From positions 256,001 to 320,000 of the forward strand of contig JBIJDH010000002.1 of the NCBI GenBank assembly GCA_044344255.1: a stretch of 64,000 nt of DNA, given 5' to 3'. The notes under the pieces are model-generated. The model saw only the letters and a list, made by a program, of their open reading frames with translations, had not been told where the DNA came from and did no database searches. Shown here piece by piece: positions 12,163 through 21,509 of this stretch. The position numbers were made by a program, and so were the translations under genes. Every line of letters begins with the position of its first letter. Positions within the stretch are counted from its first letter, which is position 1. Origin of the DNA: Myxococcota bacterium. Its GTDB lineage: Bacteria > Myxococcota_A > UBA796 > UBA2385.

Positions 12163-12665
12163 TCGCCGAAGCCGCAGCCGTGCATCACGGCGAAGTAGGG
12201 CGAGACGGCGGGGTGGGCGGAGTAGCCCATGCCGGTCAGCGTCACGAGGCCCATCGCCGCGGAGCGCAGCTCGGGGTTGTCGTGCGCGAGCCAGCTCGCC
12301 AACAGGGCGGCGCGGTCGGCCACCGGCAGGGCGCTGAAGGGGTGGCCCTCGGTGGGGAGGGTGGCGGCGTCGATGGCGTGGAGGCCGGTGCGGACGAGGG
12401 TGCGGAGGGCGGGCTCGAGGCCGGTGAGCAGGGCGTCGAGGAAGTGGTCGATCGAGAGGTCAGCGCCCCCCACGGGGATGGCGGCGGTGGCCGGCCACGC
12501 GGCCTCGGAGAAGGCTCGGATGAAGCCGGCTTCGGGGCCCGAGAGGTGGGTGTAGCCGGCTGCGGCGGGCTGGTCCCACCAATGGGCGACCACCCCCGCT
12601 CCGGCCGCGAGGAGCGCGGTGGAGGTGAGCGTCGCGCTGATCAGGAGCTGGCGGCGCGTGAGCAT
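12159..12665 (-). CDS. Tat-signal protein, gluconate-2-dehydrogenase subunit-3-like partner of the GMC enzyme
   Basis: MLTRRQLL twin-arginine motif; FSALPVADRAALLASW; 4-nt overlap with GMC gene. Confidence 0.7.
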   Translation of the reverse strand: MLTRRQLLISATLTSTALLAAGAGVVAHWWDQPAAAGYTHLSGPEAGFIRAFSEAAWPATAAIPVGGADLSIDHFLDALLTGLEPALRTLVRTGLHAIDAATLPTEGHPFSALPVADRAALLASWLAHDNPELRSAAMGLVTLTGMGYSAHPAVSPYFAVMHGCGFGE

Positions 12666-12851
12666 GGCCGAGGGTATCGCAGCTCGGAGGCGGGGGCATG
12701 GGGCGGGCTGATGAAGGGTCCCCTGCGGTGCGCGGGCCTACGCCGCCCCGCCGGGCGCGAGGGGGACAGGCCGCGAGGGGGAGGATAGGCCCGGGTCGGC
12801 TACCCGAACGCCGCGCGCGGTGAGCTCGAAGCAGGGGAGTCTCGAATCTGG

Positions 12852-13862
12852 TTGCTCTACCCGCTCCTCTTCCTGATCACCCTGCTCGGCGCGGGGGGAG
12901 TGGCCACCTATGTGGTGGTGGAGCGGATGGGGCGCCGGGCGCGGCAGCTCGGCTCGAAGGCGCAGAACGAGAAGCAGATCGCGATGGGCGGCTACCCCGT
13001 CTGGAAGACGGGGGACGACCTCCTCCGCTACCCCACCCGCCTCGCCGAGCTCGAGCACAAGCTGCAGCTGAGCCTTCGGGCGGTCGACGAGCAGGTCGAC
13101 CACCTCCACGCTCGGCGCGACCGCATCGCCGCCAAGGACGATCGCAGCGAGCTGATGGGCCGCTACGAGGTCGACGCCGCCATGCTCAGCCGCCGGGTGG
13201 AGCGCATGCGGCGGGTGTTGGCCCTGGTCTGGCGCACCCGCTCCGTGCTCCTGCTGCGGGCCCACGTCGCCATCACCGCCCGCGCCCGCCCCGTCCTGGA
13301 GCGCCTCCCCGAGGGGGAGATCCCGCACGGCCGCCTCGGCGCGGCGGCGGCGGCCTATGAGGACGCCGCCGGGCGTGTGCGTCGCTTCGTGATCGAGGTC
13401 GAGGGCCGGATGGCCGACCTCCACGTCTGCCTGCCGAGCCCGCCCGCCGCGGCCGACGTCTCCGACGCAGACCGCGCCCAGGTGGACGAGGAGATGGAGC
13501 GGGCCCGGCACACCTACGCCGAGCTCGAGAACCGGATGGACCGCCTCGCCGACACCCTCTCCTACCTCTCCGACCGCTGCCGCACCCGGCAGGTGGTCGA
13601 GGGCACGCCGGTCTCGCTCGAGGCCGAGCCCGGCACCGAGGGGCTCGTGGACGACCTCAACGGCGCCCTCGGCGCGCTCAACGACCTCGCGGAGCTCGGA
13701 GACCGTGCCTTGGCGGACACGGCGATGGACAACCTCGCCGAGGACATCTCCCAGCTCGAGCGGGCCGGCCTCGAGGCCCAGGCGGAGGCCGACGCCACGC
13801 TGGAGGTGGAGCGCCTGCTCGAGCAGTTCCCGCAGCGCAGCCGGGGCCCCGCGGCTCCCTGA
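12852..13862 (+). CDS. Hypothetical membrane-anchored coiled-coil protein
   Basis: N-terminal TM then long helical E/R/A/L-rich sequence; host-like codon usage. Confidence 0.7.
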   Translation: MLYPLLFLITLLGAGGVATYVVVERMGRRARQLGSKAQNEKQIAMGGYPVWKTGDDLLRYPTRLAELEHKLQLSLRAVDEQVDHLHARRDRIAAKDDRSELMGRYEVDAAMLSRRVERMRRVLALVWRTRSVLLLRAHVAITARARPVLERLPEGEIPHGRLGAAAAAYEDAAGRVRRFVIEVEGRMADLHVCLPSPPAAADVSDADRAQVDEEMERARHTYAELENRMDRLADTLSYLSDRCRTRQVVEGTPVSLEAEPGTEGLVDDLNGALGALNDLAELGDRALADTAMDNLAEDISQLERAGLEAQAEADATLEVERLLEQFPQRSRGPAAP

Positions 13863-13890
13863 GCGAGGGGACGACGGCCGGCGGTGTGGC

Positions 13891-15081
13891 TCAGGGGCCC
13901 TCGGGGGCGTCTGGCGCGCCCGGGAGCTGCACCCGGTCGAGGGCCCACAGGAGCAGCGGTCCGATCAGCAGAGGCCCGCTCAGCACCGCGGCGGCCCCGG
14001 CGGCGCCGATGTCGACCGCGATCCGCCCGCCGAGGAGCGGGCCCACGGCGAGGCCCACGGAGTAGGCGAAGTTCTGGTAGGCGAAGGCCGAGCCGTACGC
14101 GGGCGGGCTCCGCGCGGCGGCGAGGGCGCTGAGCTCGGTCAGGGCGACGGAGAAGAGCGGCGTGGAGGCGACGCCCAGGGCCGCGAGGGCGAGGCCGGTC
14201 CCCAGCACGGTGGTGGTCCAGCCGAGCGAGAAGGCGGCCGCCGCGCTCAGGAGCAGCCCGAAGGTGGTGGCGGCCCGACGCTGCGCGGCGGTGACCGTAT
14301 ACCGACCCACGATGGGGAAGAGCAGGGAGCTCGCCAACATCGCGCCCCCGAAGAGCAGGCCCAGGCTCTGCGGATCGGCTCCGGCGATGCGGGAGAGGCG
14401 GAGCGGCAGGATGGGCTCGAACCAGGACAGGGCCAACGCGCCGATGAAGGTGAGGGTGAAGATCCGCAGCCCAGCTCGCAGATCGCGAGAGGGGCCGGGG
14501 CCATCCGCCAGCGAGGCCGGGGCCTCGTCGCGGATCAGCAGGAGGCGCGCGAGCCCGTCGAGCAGGGAGAGCACCGCCGCGAAGATGAAGGGCGCCCCGG
14601 GCCCGCCCACCGCGAAGAGCCACCCGCCGACAGCCGGCCCCGCCAGCGTGCCGATGCCCATCACGGCGAGCACCTGCCCGAAGGCCACGCCTCGCTCCTC
14701 GGGCGGGTGGGTGGAGGCGACGAGGGTGAGCCCCGCCGTCCAGGAGACCGCAGCGGCGAGTCCCTGGAGCGCGCGGGCGGCGATGAGGAGCTCGATCGAG
14801 CCCCCCCGGGCGAAGAGCAGGCAGGACAGCGCCAGCGCGACCGAGCCCAGCAGCAGGGGGCTCCGGTTTCCCACCCGGTCGACCCACTTGCCCACGAAGG
14901 GCAGCGCGACGAGCACCGCCACCGCGTAGACCGAGAGCACCAGGCCAGCGTCGGCCTCCGTCGCGGCGGGGCCGAGCAACGAGGGCAGGATGGGCACCAC
15001 CATCCCGTAGAGCAGCATGTCCGTCGTCACCGCGAGGGCGGCGACGAGCAGGGCGGCGCGCGGTCGGGAGAGGGGCGTCAG
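13891..15081 (-). CDS. MFS transporter (probable CTG start)
   Basis: DMLLYGMVVPILP, GKWVDRVGNR motif A, ARALQG; no ATG/GTG before TM1, in-frame CTG at 15081 preceded by GGAG; ORF-track extension to 16113 overlaps the opposite gene. Confidence 0.8.
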   Translation of the reverse strand: MTPLSRPRAALLVAALAVTTDMLLYGMVVPILPSLLGPAATEADAGLVLSVYAVAVLVALPFVGKWVDRVGNRSPLLLGSVALALSCLLFARGGSIELLIAARALQGLAAAVSWTAGLTLVASTHPPEERGVAFGQVLAVMGIGTLAGPAVGGWLFAVGGPGAPFIFAAVLSLLDGLARLLLIRDEAPASLADGPGPSRDLRAGLRIFTLTFIGALALSWFEPILPLRLSRIAGADPQSLGLLFGGAMLASSLLFPIVGRYTVTAAQRRAATTFGLLLSAAAAFSLGWTTTVLGTGLALAALGVASTPLFSVALTELSALAAARSPPAYGSAFAYQNFAYSVGLAVGPLLGGRIAVDIGAAGAAAVLSGPLLIGPLLLWALDRVQLPGAPDAPEGP

Positions 15082-15093
15082 GGCGGCTCCGCC

Positions 15094-15117
15094 GAGAGGG
15101 GGAGAGGGGGAGAGGGG
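15094..15117. repeat. 8-bp tandem repeat x3 (GAGAGGGG)
   Basis: Read directly. Confidence 0.85.
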
Positions 15118-15124
15118 CGGAGCC

Positions 15125-15165
15125 CTAACCGGCCGCTCGCGCGCGTCGGCGCCGGGGCCGGTTAG
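15125..15165. promoter_or_regulatory. Perfect 10-bp inverted repeat (CTAACCGGCC-N21-GGCCGGTTAG) in divergent intergenic region
   Basis: Read directly; regulatory role inferred only. Confidence 0.4.
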
Positions 15166-15198
15166 CGGGACGCCCCGGAGCTGGAGTGGGGTGAGCGA

Positions 15199-16059
15199 AT
15201 GACGCACGATGTCCTGAACCTCCCGGTCGGCCCGCCCGCCGATTCGCCCTCCGCTGAGGCCCCGCCGGCCTTCTCGGAGATCGTCTCCCTCCGCTCGATC
15301 GGCCCCCACCGGTACAGCGGCCGCGTGCCCGAGGGCTGGGGGCAGGGCCGCACCACCTACGGCGGGCTGCTCAGCGCGCTGCTCTGTCGGGCCGCCGGGG
15401 CGGAGGCCGCGAGCCCCGACCGCGCCCTGCGCTCCCTCACCTGTGAGCTCTTCGGGGGCGTGATCGCCGGGCCTGTCGAGCTCGAGACGGAGCTGCTGCG
15501 CGCCGGGACCGGCCTCAGCACCGTCGCTGCGCGGCTCTCTCAGGGCGGAGAGCTCTGCGCGCACCTCGTCGGGAACTTCGGCAAGCGGCGCGAGGTGGGC
15601 CTGGAGTGGGTCGAGCTGAAGCCGCCGCTGTTGCCACCGGTCTCTGCGCTCGAGGCCTGGACCCTCGGCCCCCCGATCGCCCCGGAGTTCACCCAGCGAC
15701 TGGAGTATTGGAGCGCGGGGGCGCCGCCGTACCAGGGCGAGGGGCCCGTCACCACCAGCGGCTGGATCCGCCTCCGCGAGCCGGGCGACCAGGCCGACGC
15801 CGCCTGGATCTGCGGCCTCATCGACGCCTGGTGGCCCGGCATGGCCCAGCGCTTCACCGCGCCGCGCCCCTCGGCCACCATCACCTTCACGCTCGCGCTC
15901 CCGGGCGGCCACGAGTCGCTCGACCCGCGGGCGCCGCTGGCCTACCGAGGCGAGGCCGTCGCCCTCCGCCACGGCTACGCCGTAGAGACCCGGGAGCTCT
16001 GGACCGCCGACGGCCAGCTCGTCGCCCTCAACCAGCAGACGATGGCGCTGCTGCGCTGA
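15199..16059 (+). CDS. Acyl-CoA thioesterase (double hot-dog, TesB-like)
   Basis: WGQGRTTYGGL, LIDAWWP, ELWTADGQLVALNQQ. Confidence 0.85.
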   Translation: MTHDVLNLPVGPPADSPSAEAPPAFSEIVSLRSIGPHRYSGRVPEGWGQGRTTYGGLLSALLCRAAGAEAASPDRALRSLTCELFGGVIAGPVELETELLRAGTGLSTVAARLSQGGELCAHLVGNFGKRREVGLEWVELKPPLLPPVSALEAWTLGPPIAPEFTQRLEYWSAGAPPYQGEGPVTTSGWIRLREPGDQADAAWICGLIDAWWPGMAQRFTAPRPSATITFTLALPGGHESLDPRAPLAYRGEAVALRHGYAVETRELWTADGQLVALNQQTMALLR

Positions 16060-16103
16060 CGAGCGGGCCGGCGAGGGGCCCCCGAACCGGCTACCCTCCC
16101 CCC

Positions 16104-16274
16104 ATGGCCGCAACGCAGTCCCTCCGCACCCTCCTCCGCGCGCTGGCCCGTCGGCTGCTCCCCGGCGCCGGCCCCGGTGCGGTCCACAAGAACCCGATCG
16201 AGCGGTGGGTCGCCGAGGAGATCACCGCGCGGGTGCCCACCAACAAGAGCGGGAACAACGCCTCGGTGCGGTAG
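16104..16274 (+). CDS. Putative 56-aa small protein (MAATQSLRTLL...NNASVR)
   Basis: Fills intergenic gap; ATG 6 nt after TACCCT -10-like hexamer; G/C-ending codons. Confidence 0.45.
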   Translation: MAATQSLRTLLRALARRLLPGAGPGAVHKNPIERWVAEEITARVPTNKSGNNASVR

Positions 16275-16318
16275 CCCGCCCTCCGTCGCCGCCCCCGCCC
16301 ACCTCCGCTGAGACCCCG

Positions 16319-17623
16319 ATGCCGCCTGCCTCCACCGCGCGCGCCCCGCTCGAGGCGCCGCCGGCCGCCTCCGCCCCCCTCGCCGAGCGGATGCGCCCGC
16401 GGCAGCTCGATGAGGTGGTGGGCCAGCAGCACCTCGTCGGCCCCGATGCCCCCTTCCGGCGGGCGCTCGAGGCCGGGCGCTTACGCTCGGTGCTGATCTG
16501 GGGCCCGCCCGGCAGCGGCAAGACCACGCTCGCTCGCTGTATCGCCGCCACCGGCCGCTTCCGCTTCGTGCAGCTCTCGGCCGTGCTCGCGGGGGTGGCC
16601 GAGCTCCGCGAGCTGCTCGCCCAGGACATGCCCCTCGATCGGCGCCGGGTGCTGCTCTTCGTCGATGAGATCCACCGCTGGAACAAGGCCCAGCAGGACG
16701 CCCTGCTGCCGCATGTCGAGTCGGGTCGCCTGCTGCTCGTCGGCGCCACGACGGAGAACCCGGCCTTCCACCTCGTGCCGGCCCTCCGCTCGCGCACCGA
16801 GCTCCTCACGCTGGTCGCCCTCAGCCCGGACGACCTGCGCGCCCTGCTCGAGCGGGCCCTGGCTGACCCCGAGCGCGGCCTCGGTGACCGGGGCCTGACC
16901 GCCGAGGAGGGCCTGCTGGAGCGCATCGCCCACGCGGCCGACGGGGACGCCCGCCGCGCCCTCGGCCTGCTTGAGGGGCTGGCCGACCGCGGCGCCCTCA
17001 CGGCCGCGGCCCTGTCCGAGCTCGGCCAGACCATCCTCCACGATCGCGACGGGGACGCCCACTACGACGTGGTCTCTGCCTTCATCAAGTCGATGCGGGG
17101 CTCCTCGGCCGACGGCGCGCTGTACTGGATGGCCCGGATGCTCGAGGGCGGGGAGGACCCCGTGTTCGTCGCCCGCCGCCTCGTCATCTTCGCGGCGGAG
17201 GACGTGGGCAACGCGGATCCGCGCGCGCTCCAGGTGGCGGTGGCGGGGATGGAGGGCGTGCGGCTGATCGGCATGCCCGAGGCCCGCATCCTCCTCGGTC
17301 AGGTCTGCACCTACCTGGCCACGGCGCCGAAGAGCAACGCCGCCTACAAGGCCATCGACGCCGCGATCGCCTCGGTGCGCGGCCGCGGCGCGCTGCCGGT
17401 GCCCCTCCACCTCCGCAACGCGCCCACCGCGCTGGCCCGATCGATGGGGCACGGCGCCGCCTACCGCTACCCCCACGACCACCCTGACCACATCGTCGAG
17501 CAGCAGCACCTGCCCGACGCCCTCGTCGGGGTGCGCTTCTACAGCCCCACCGACCAGGGCTACGAGAAGACCGTCGGGGAGCGCCTCGCCTGGTGGGAGG
17601 GCCGCCTTCGGGCCCGGCGGTGA
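16319..17623 (+). CDS. rarA: Replication-associated recombination protein A (AAA+)
   Basis: PLAERMRP, GPPGSGKTT, DEIHRWNKAQQD, ATTENP, EDVGNADP, APKSN. Confidence 0.95.
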   Translation: MPPASTARAPLEAPPAASAPLAERMRPRQLDEVVGQQHLVGPDAPFRRALEAGRLRSVLIWGPPGSGKTTLARCIAATGRFRFVQLSAVLAGVAELRELLAQDMPLDRRRVLLFVDEIHRWNKAQQDALLPHVESGRLLLVGATTENPAFHLVPALRSRTELLTLVALSPDDLRALLERALADPERGLGDRGLTAEEGLLERIAHAADGDARRALGLLEGLADRGALTAAALSELGQTILHDRDGDAHYDVVSAFIKSMRGSSADGALYWMARMLEGGEDPVFVARRLVIFAAEDVGNADPRALQVAVAGMEGVRLIGMPEARILLGQVCTYLATAPKSNAAYKAIDAAIASVRGRGALPVPLHLRNAPTALARSMGHGAAYRYPHDHPDHIVEQQHLPDALVGVRFYSPTDQGYEKTVGERLAWWEGRLRARR

Positions 17624-17718
17624 CCGCGCGCAGGCCGCCCGCGATCGGCGAGGCGGTCGAGGCGGGCGGGGCGGATACGGGAGGAGACCCCACCGGTGCG
17701 GGCTACCCAGGAGTGAAC

Positions 17719-18552
17719 ATGTCGGATCGGATCCCCGAGCGCGGCGAGGCCGAGGGCCGCGTCCACCTCGAGCTCAAGGAGGGCACCGCCGAGCTCTGGC
17801 TGGACCGCCCGGCCCGCCGCAACGCCCTCGACTGGACCATGTGGCTGCGCCTCGACGCGCTCTTGCAGGAGGCGGCCCTCGCCCGGCCGCGGGCCCTCGT
17901 GCTGCGCGGCGAGGGGCCGAACTTCTGCTCGGGGATGGACCTCAAGCCCGACAACCCCATCGCGGGGCGCGCCCTCGCCGCGATCCTCGGGCAGGACGTG
18001 GAGGCCGCCCGCGGCATCTTGCACGACCTCAAGGCCATCCTGGCCCGCCTCGCCGCCTTCCCAGCCCCCACCATCGCCGCCATCGAGGGGGTCTGCGTGG
18101 GCGGCGGCCTCGAGCTCGCCCTCTGCTGCGACGTGCGTATCGCGGCCACCGACGCCCGCTTCGCGCTCCCTGAGGTCCGAATCGGCATGATCCCCGACCT
18201 CGGCGGCACGGCGCGAGCCTCGCGGCTGATCGGGCGGGGGCGCGCCGTCCTGCTCATCTGCGGCGGCGCGCCGATCTACGGCGAAGAAGCCCACCGCTTC
18301 GGCCTCGTCGACCGCCTCGTCCCCACCGGCGGGGCGCGGACCTCCGCCCTCGCCCTCGCCGCCGACATCCGTCGCGGTGGGCCGATCGCCGTCAGCCTCG
18401 CGCTCGACACGCTGCGCGCCACCGGGGAGCTCCCCCTGGAGGACGCGCTCGAGCAGGAGACGGAGGCCGGCGCGCAGGCCATCGCGTCCGGGGAGGGCCA
18501 GGAGGGGCTCACCGCCTGGATCGAGCGGCGGGAGCCCCGCTGGGAAGCCTGA
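17719..18552 (+). CDS. Enoyl-CoA hydratase/isomerase family protein
   Basis: FCSGMDL, GGGLELALCCD, PEVRIGMIP; GGAG RBS. Confidence 0.9.
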   Translation: MSDRIPERGEAEGRVHLELKEGTAELWLDRPARRNALDWTMWLRLDALLQEAALARPRALVLRGEGPNFCSGMDLKPDNPIAGRALAAILGQDVEAARGILHDLKAILARLAAFPAPTIAAIEGVCVGGGLELALCCDVRIAATDARFALPEVRIGMIPDLGGTARASRLIGRGRAVLLICGGAPIYGEEAHRFGLVDRLVPTGGARTSALALAADIRRGGPIAVSLALDTLRATGELPLEDALEQETEAGAQAIASGEGQEGLTAWIERREPRWEA

Positions 18553-18561
18553 GGGCGGGGA

Positions 18562-19740
18562 TCAGGGCAGGGCGAGGGCCCCCTCGTCCACCCGCTCGAC
18601 CTTCTTCACCGACTTGTCGGTGAGCTCCTTCACGGTGGCCTCGGCCCAGGTCTGGTAGGCCTTCTCGTCCTCGAAGGGCTCGGCCGGCACCTTGTAGACG
18701 ATGTGCTCTTCGGCCTTGCAGCTCGAGGCGAGGTCGAGCGACCAGCGGCCCTTCACGTTGTCGCGGATCTTCTGCTCGAACTGATCCCCCCAGGTGTTGC
18801 CCTTCTCCCAGACCTGGGCGACGTGGATGCGCTGGGAGGTCTTGTCCTTCTTGCAGGTGGCCGTCTCGGAGACGACGGCGCCCCACATCAGGCGGCCCTC
18901 CTTGTTGGCGGCCTTCTTGTGGTACACGCCGGCGAGCTTGTCGGCGGCGGCCTCGTCGCCGAGCGAGCTCAAGGTGAGGCGGGCCTGCTCGACGGCCTTC
19001 CGCTTGAGGTGAGGGGCGGCCTCGACGATCGCGGCCACCGCGGCCGCGGAGGCCTTCGGATCCGCCCCGGAAGGAGAGCCCACGCCAGCGGCGTCGGGGA
19101 AGGCGTTGACCACGTTGGACTGCACCTCGGCGTCCTCGACCTTGAGCAGGAGCTGCTTGAGGCGGGGGACGGCCTCGCCGCCGGCGCTGCGGGCGTAGGT
19201 CTCGAGCACGCTGAAGAAGCGGCTCTTGTCGTTCTGGGGCCCCTTCTCGAGCTCGGTCCACAGGATGTCCTGAACCGCGGGGACGTGGCAGGAGGCGAGC
19301 GCGCGGTACCAGCGCTGGTCCCAGAACTCCTGCGGCTTCGCCTTGGCCCGGTCGACGAAGAAGGACTGCATCGCAGGGTCGTCGTTACACTTCTCGCCAA
19401 AGCCCTTGATGGCGGAGGCGCGATCGTCGGACTGCAGCTTCTCGACCCACAAGGAGGCCGCCCCTGCGGCGCCGATGTCGACGGCCTTGACGGCGGCGGC
19501 GAGGCCGCTCGTGTTGAAGGCCATCTTGGGGAAGGCGTTGTTGGCGAGCTTGCCTGCGGCCTGGGGGTTGCAGTCCGCGAGCTCCATGAACAGGGGGGCG
19601 ATCTCCGCGCCCTCTGCGAGGCCGAGCTTCTGACCGAGGGACTTGGCGTCACAGGCGGCGGCGGCCGCGGGGGTGCCGGCGGAGGCGGGCATCACCGCGC
19701 TGAGCGAGAGGAGGCCGAGGGAGATGAGGAGAGTGGGCAT
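18562..19740 (-). CDS. Hypothetical secreted helical protein (Cys pairs, HEAT-like centre)
   Basis: Signal peptide; Lys-rich, strongly biased codons. Confidence 0.7.
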   Translation of the reverse strand: MPTLLISLGLLSLSAVMPASAGTPAAAAACDAKSLGQKLGLAEGAEIAPLFMELADCNPQAAGKLANNAFPKMAFNTSGLAAAVKAVDIGAAGAASLWVEKLQSDDRASAIKGFGEKCNDDPAMQSFFVDRAKAKPQEFWDQRWYRALASCHVPAVQDILWTELEKGPQNDKSRFFSVLETYARSAGGEAVPRLKQLLLKVEDAEVQSNVVNAFPDAAGVGSPSGADPKASAAAVAAIVEAAPHLKRKAVEQARLTLSSLGDEAAADKLAGVYHKKAANKEGRLMWGAVVSETATCKKDKTSQRIHVAQVWEKGNTWGDQFEQKIRDNVKGRWSLDLASSCKAEEHIVYKVPAEPFEDEKAYQTWAEATVKELTDKSVKKVERVDEGALALP

Positions 19741-19937
19741 CGAATTCAGCTCCGAGGGCGGGGCGGAGTAACGAACCCCCGCGCTCCGTCAACACCGCAC
19801 CGCCGCTTCGCATCACCGATCCTGACAGGCCCTTCGCAGACGGCGCTTGCGGGCGCCCCCCGGCGGTGTGATTCTGGGGGCGCTTGGAGTCGACCATGCC
19901 GCTGCCCTGCTCTATGAATTGTTCGCCGAAGTTTCCC

Positions 19938-19985
19938 GAGAAGATGTCTGTTGTGAAGATGTCTGTTGAGACGATGTCTGCGGAG
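19938..19985 (+). repeat. 15-bp imperfect tandem repeat x3 (AAGATGTCTGTTGWG-like), each unit with an in-frame ATG
   Basis: KMSVV-KMSVE-TMSAE; ATGs at 19944, 19959, 19974. Confidence 0.85.
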
Positions 19986-20870
19986 AGGGTGTCGGCCGGC
20001 GCGCCATGGGGTGGGCGCCCGCTGGTGCTGCTCGCGGCGCTGGCGATCGCCTGTGGCCCCACGTTCACGAGCTCCTCCGGCAAGTCTGTCTCCGGCTCGG
20101 GCGACGGCACCGAAGGGGAGGCGGAGGGTCAGGACACCGGCGAGGGGGAGGGCACCCCCGAGGACACTGGCCCCACCCAGGAGGAGCTCGACCTCGAGTG
20201 GGACGGCGCCCGCCTGGAGATCCTCTCGCCCCACTCCGGTGACTTCATCCCCTTGGGAGAGACGGCGGGCTTCGAGGCCGTCGTCTACGACGCCGCCGGG
20301 GAGGCCACCTCCTTCACTGACATCACCTGGACGAGCGACATCGACGCCGCCTGGGCCCCCACGGGCGCCTTGTTCGAGGACAGCACGCTCGGCGTGGGCG
20401 AGCACGCGCTCACCGCCACCGCGCTCCTCCCGAATGGGGACCGCCTCGCCTACGCCGTGGGCGGGGTGCTGGTGCAGGCCGAAGACGCGGGCACCTACGC
20501 CGGTGACCTCAAGGTTGACCTCACGCTCAGCTACGGCGGCACCGACTACCCCGCCTCCTGCATCGGGTCGGCCACGATCATCGTCGATGTCTACGGCGAG
20601 GCCGCGACCGGCGAGGCCGGCTGCACGCTGTCGCTGCTCGGCTACGAGCTCGACGCCTCGCACACCTTCGACTACACGCTGGTCGACGGTGACGTCAGCG
20701 GGGACTCCAGCGTGAACCTCTACTTCACCGAGTACGCCTTCGACACCGTCGGCACCATCGGCGATGGAGCCCTCCTCACCACCTGGGCCGACAGCCCCTT
20801 CGATGGCATGACGATCGAGGGCGAGCTCGACGTGGTGCGCCTCACGCGCGACACCGAGGCCGGCGGCTGA
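19944..20870 (+). CDS. Acidic hypothetical lipoprotein with Ig-like domain
   Basis: LAIAC lipobox; ITWTSDID...LGVGEHALTATA; start is one of the repeated ATGs. Confidence 0.7.
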   Translation: MSVVKMSVETMSAERVSAGAPWGGRPLVLLAALAIACGPTFTSSSGKSVSGSGDGTEGEAEGQDTGEGEGTPEDTGPTQEELDLEWDGARLEILSPHSGDFIPLGETAGFEAVVYDAAGEATSFTDITWTSDIDAAWAPTGALFEDSTLGVGEHALTATALLPNGDRLAYAVGGVLVQAEDAGTYAGDLKVDLTLSYGGTDYPASCIGSATIIVDVYGEAATGEAGCTLSLLGYELDASHTFDYTLVDGDVSGDSSVNLYFTEYAFDTVGTIGDGALLTTWADSPFDGMTIEGELDVVRLTRDTEAGG

Positions 20871-20879
20871 GCACGGCGC

Positions 20880-21488
20880 GTGGGCTCGCTCGCCGGTCGC
20901 CTTCGGCCCCCGCTCGTCGGGATAGCCCTCCTGCTCGGGGGCTGCGCGAGCCCGCGGCTGCTCCGGATGGAGAACGACCTGCTGGCCGAGCAGAGCGCGG
21001 CGCTCCGCGGCGAGGTGGAGGCCTGCCGGGGCGCCTCGCCCCCCGCCGACTTCGCGGCCGTCGTCACCCTCGACCTGATCCGCGGCTACCTCGCCCGCGT
21101 CGGCTTCGACGAGGTGCGGGTGGGTCCGGGCGAGCTGCTCACCTTCACGGTGCAGGGCCAGAACACCGTCTTTGACGTCGCGGTGCAGCTCTTCCACGAG
21201 GAGCACGTGCTCTTCCTGTCGACGCACCGCTACCTCAGCCTGGAGGCCGCGAGCAGCTCCGGCAACATGGTGCTCCTGCTCACGCAGCTCGTCTCGCTCA
21301 ATTACGACATGCTGCTCGGGAAGTTCCAATTGAACCCGCGCACCGGCGACATCGCGCTCTCGGTCGAGCTCTACCTCGACGACGGGCTCGGTTACCGAAG
21401 CTTTCGCACCGCCCTGGCCCACCTCGTTCGCACCGCCGATGACCGCTACCCCGAGCTCCGCCGCGCCGCGCGGGGAGAGGGCCTGTGA
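20880..21488 (+). CDS. YbjN-domain lipoprotein
   Basis: LLGGC lipobox; LVSLNYDMLLGKFQLNPRTGDI...ADDRYPEL. Confidence 0.7.
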   Translation: MGSLAGRLRPPLVGIALLLGGCASPRLLRMENDLLAEQSAALRGEVEACRGASPPADFAAVVTLDLIRGYLARVGFDEVRVGPGELLTFTVQGQNTVFDVAVQLFHEEHVLFLSTHRYLSLEAASSSGNMVLLLTQLVSLNYDMLLGKFQLNPRTGDIALSVELYLDDGLGYRSFRTALAHLVRTADDRYPELRRAARGEGL

Positions 21489-21509
21489 TCAGTCCGCCTT
21501 GAGGATCCC

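Noticed and set aside
15082..16113. Long N-terminal extension of the MFS ORF
   Set aside because: Overlaps the thioesterase on the opposite strand; not protein-like
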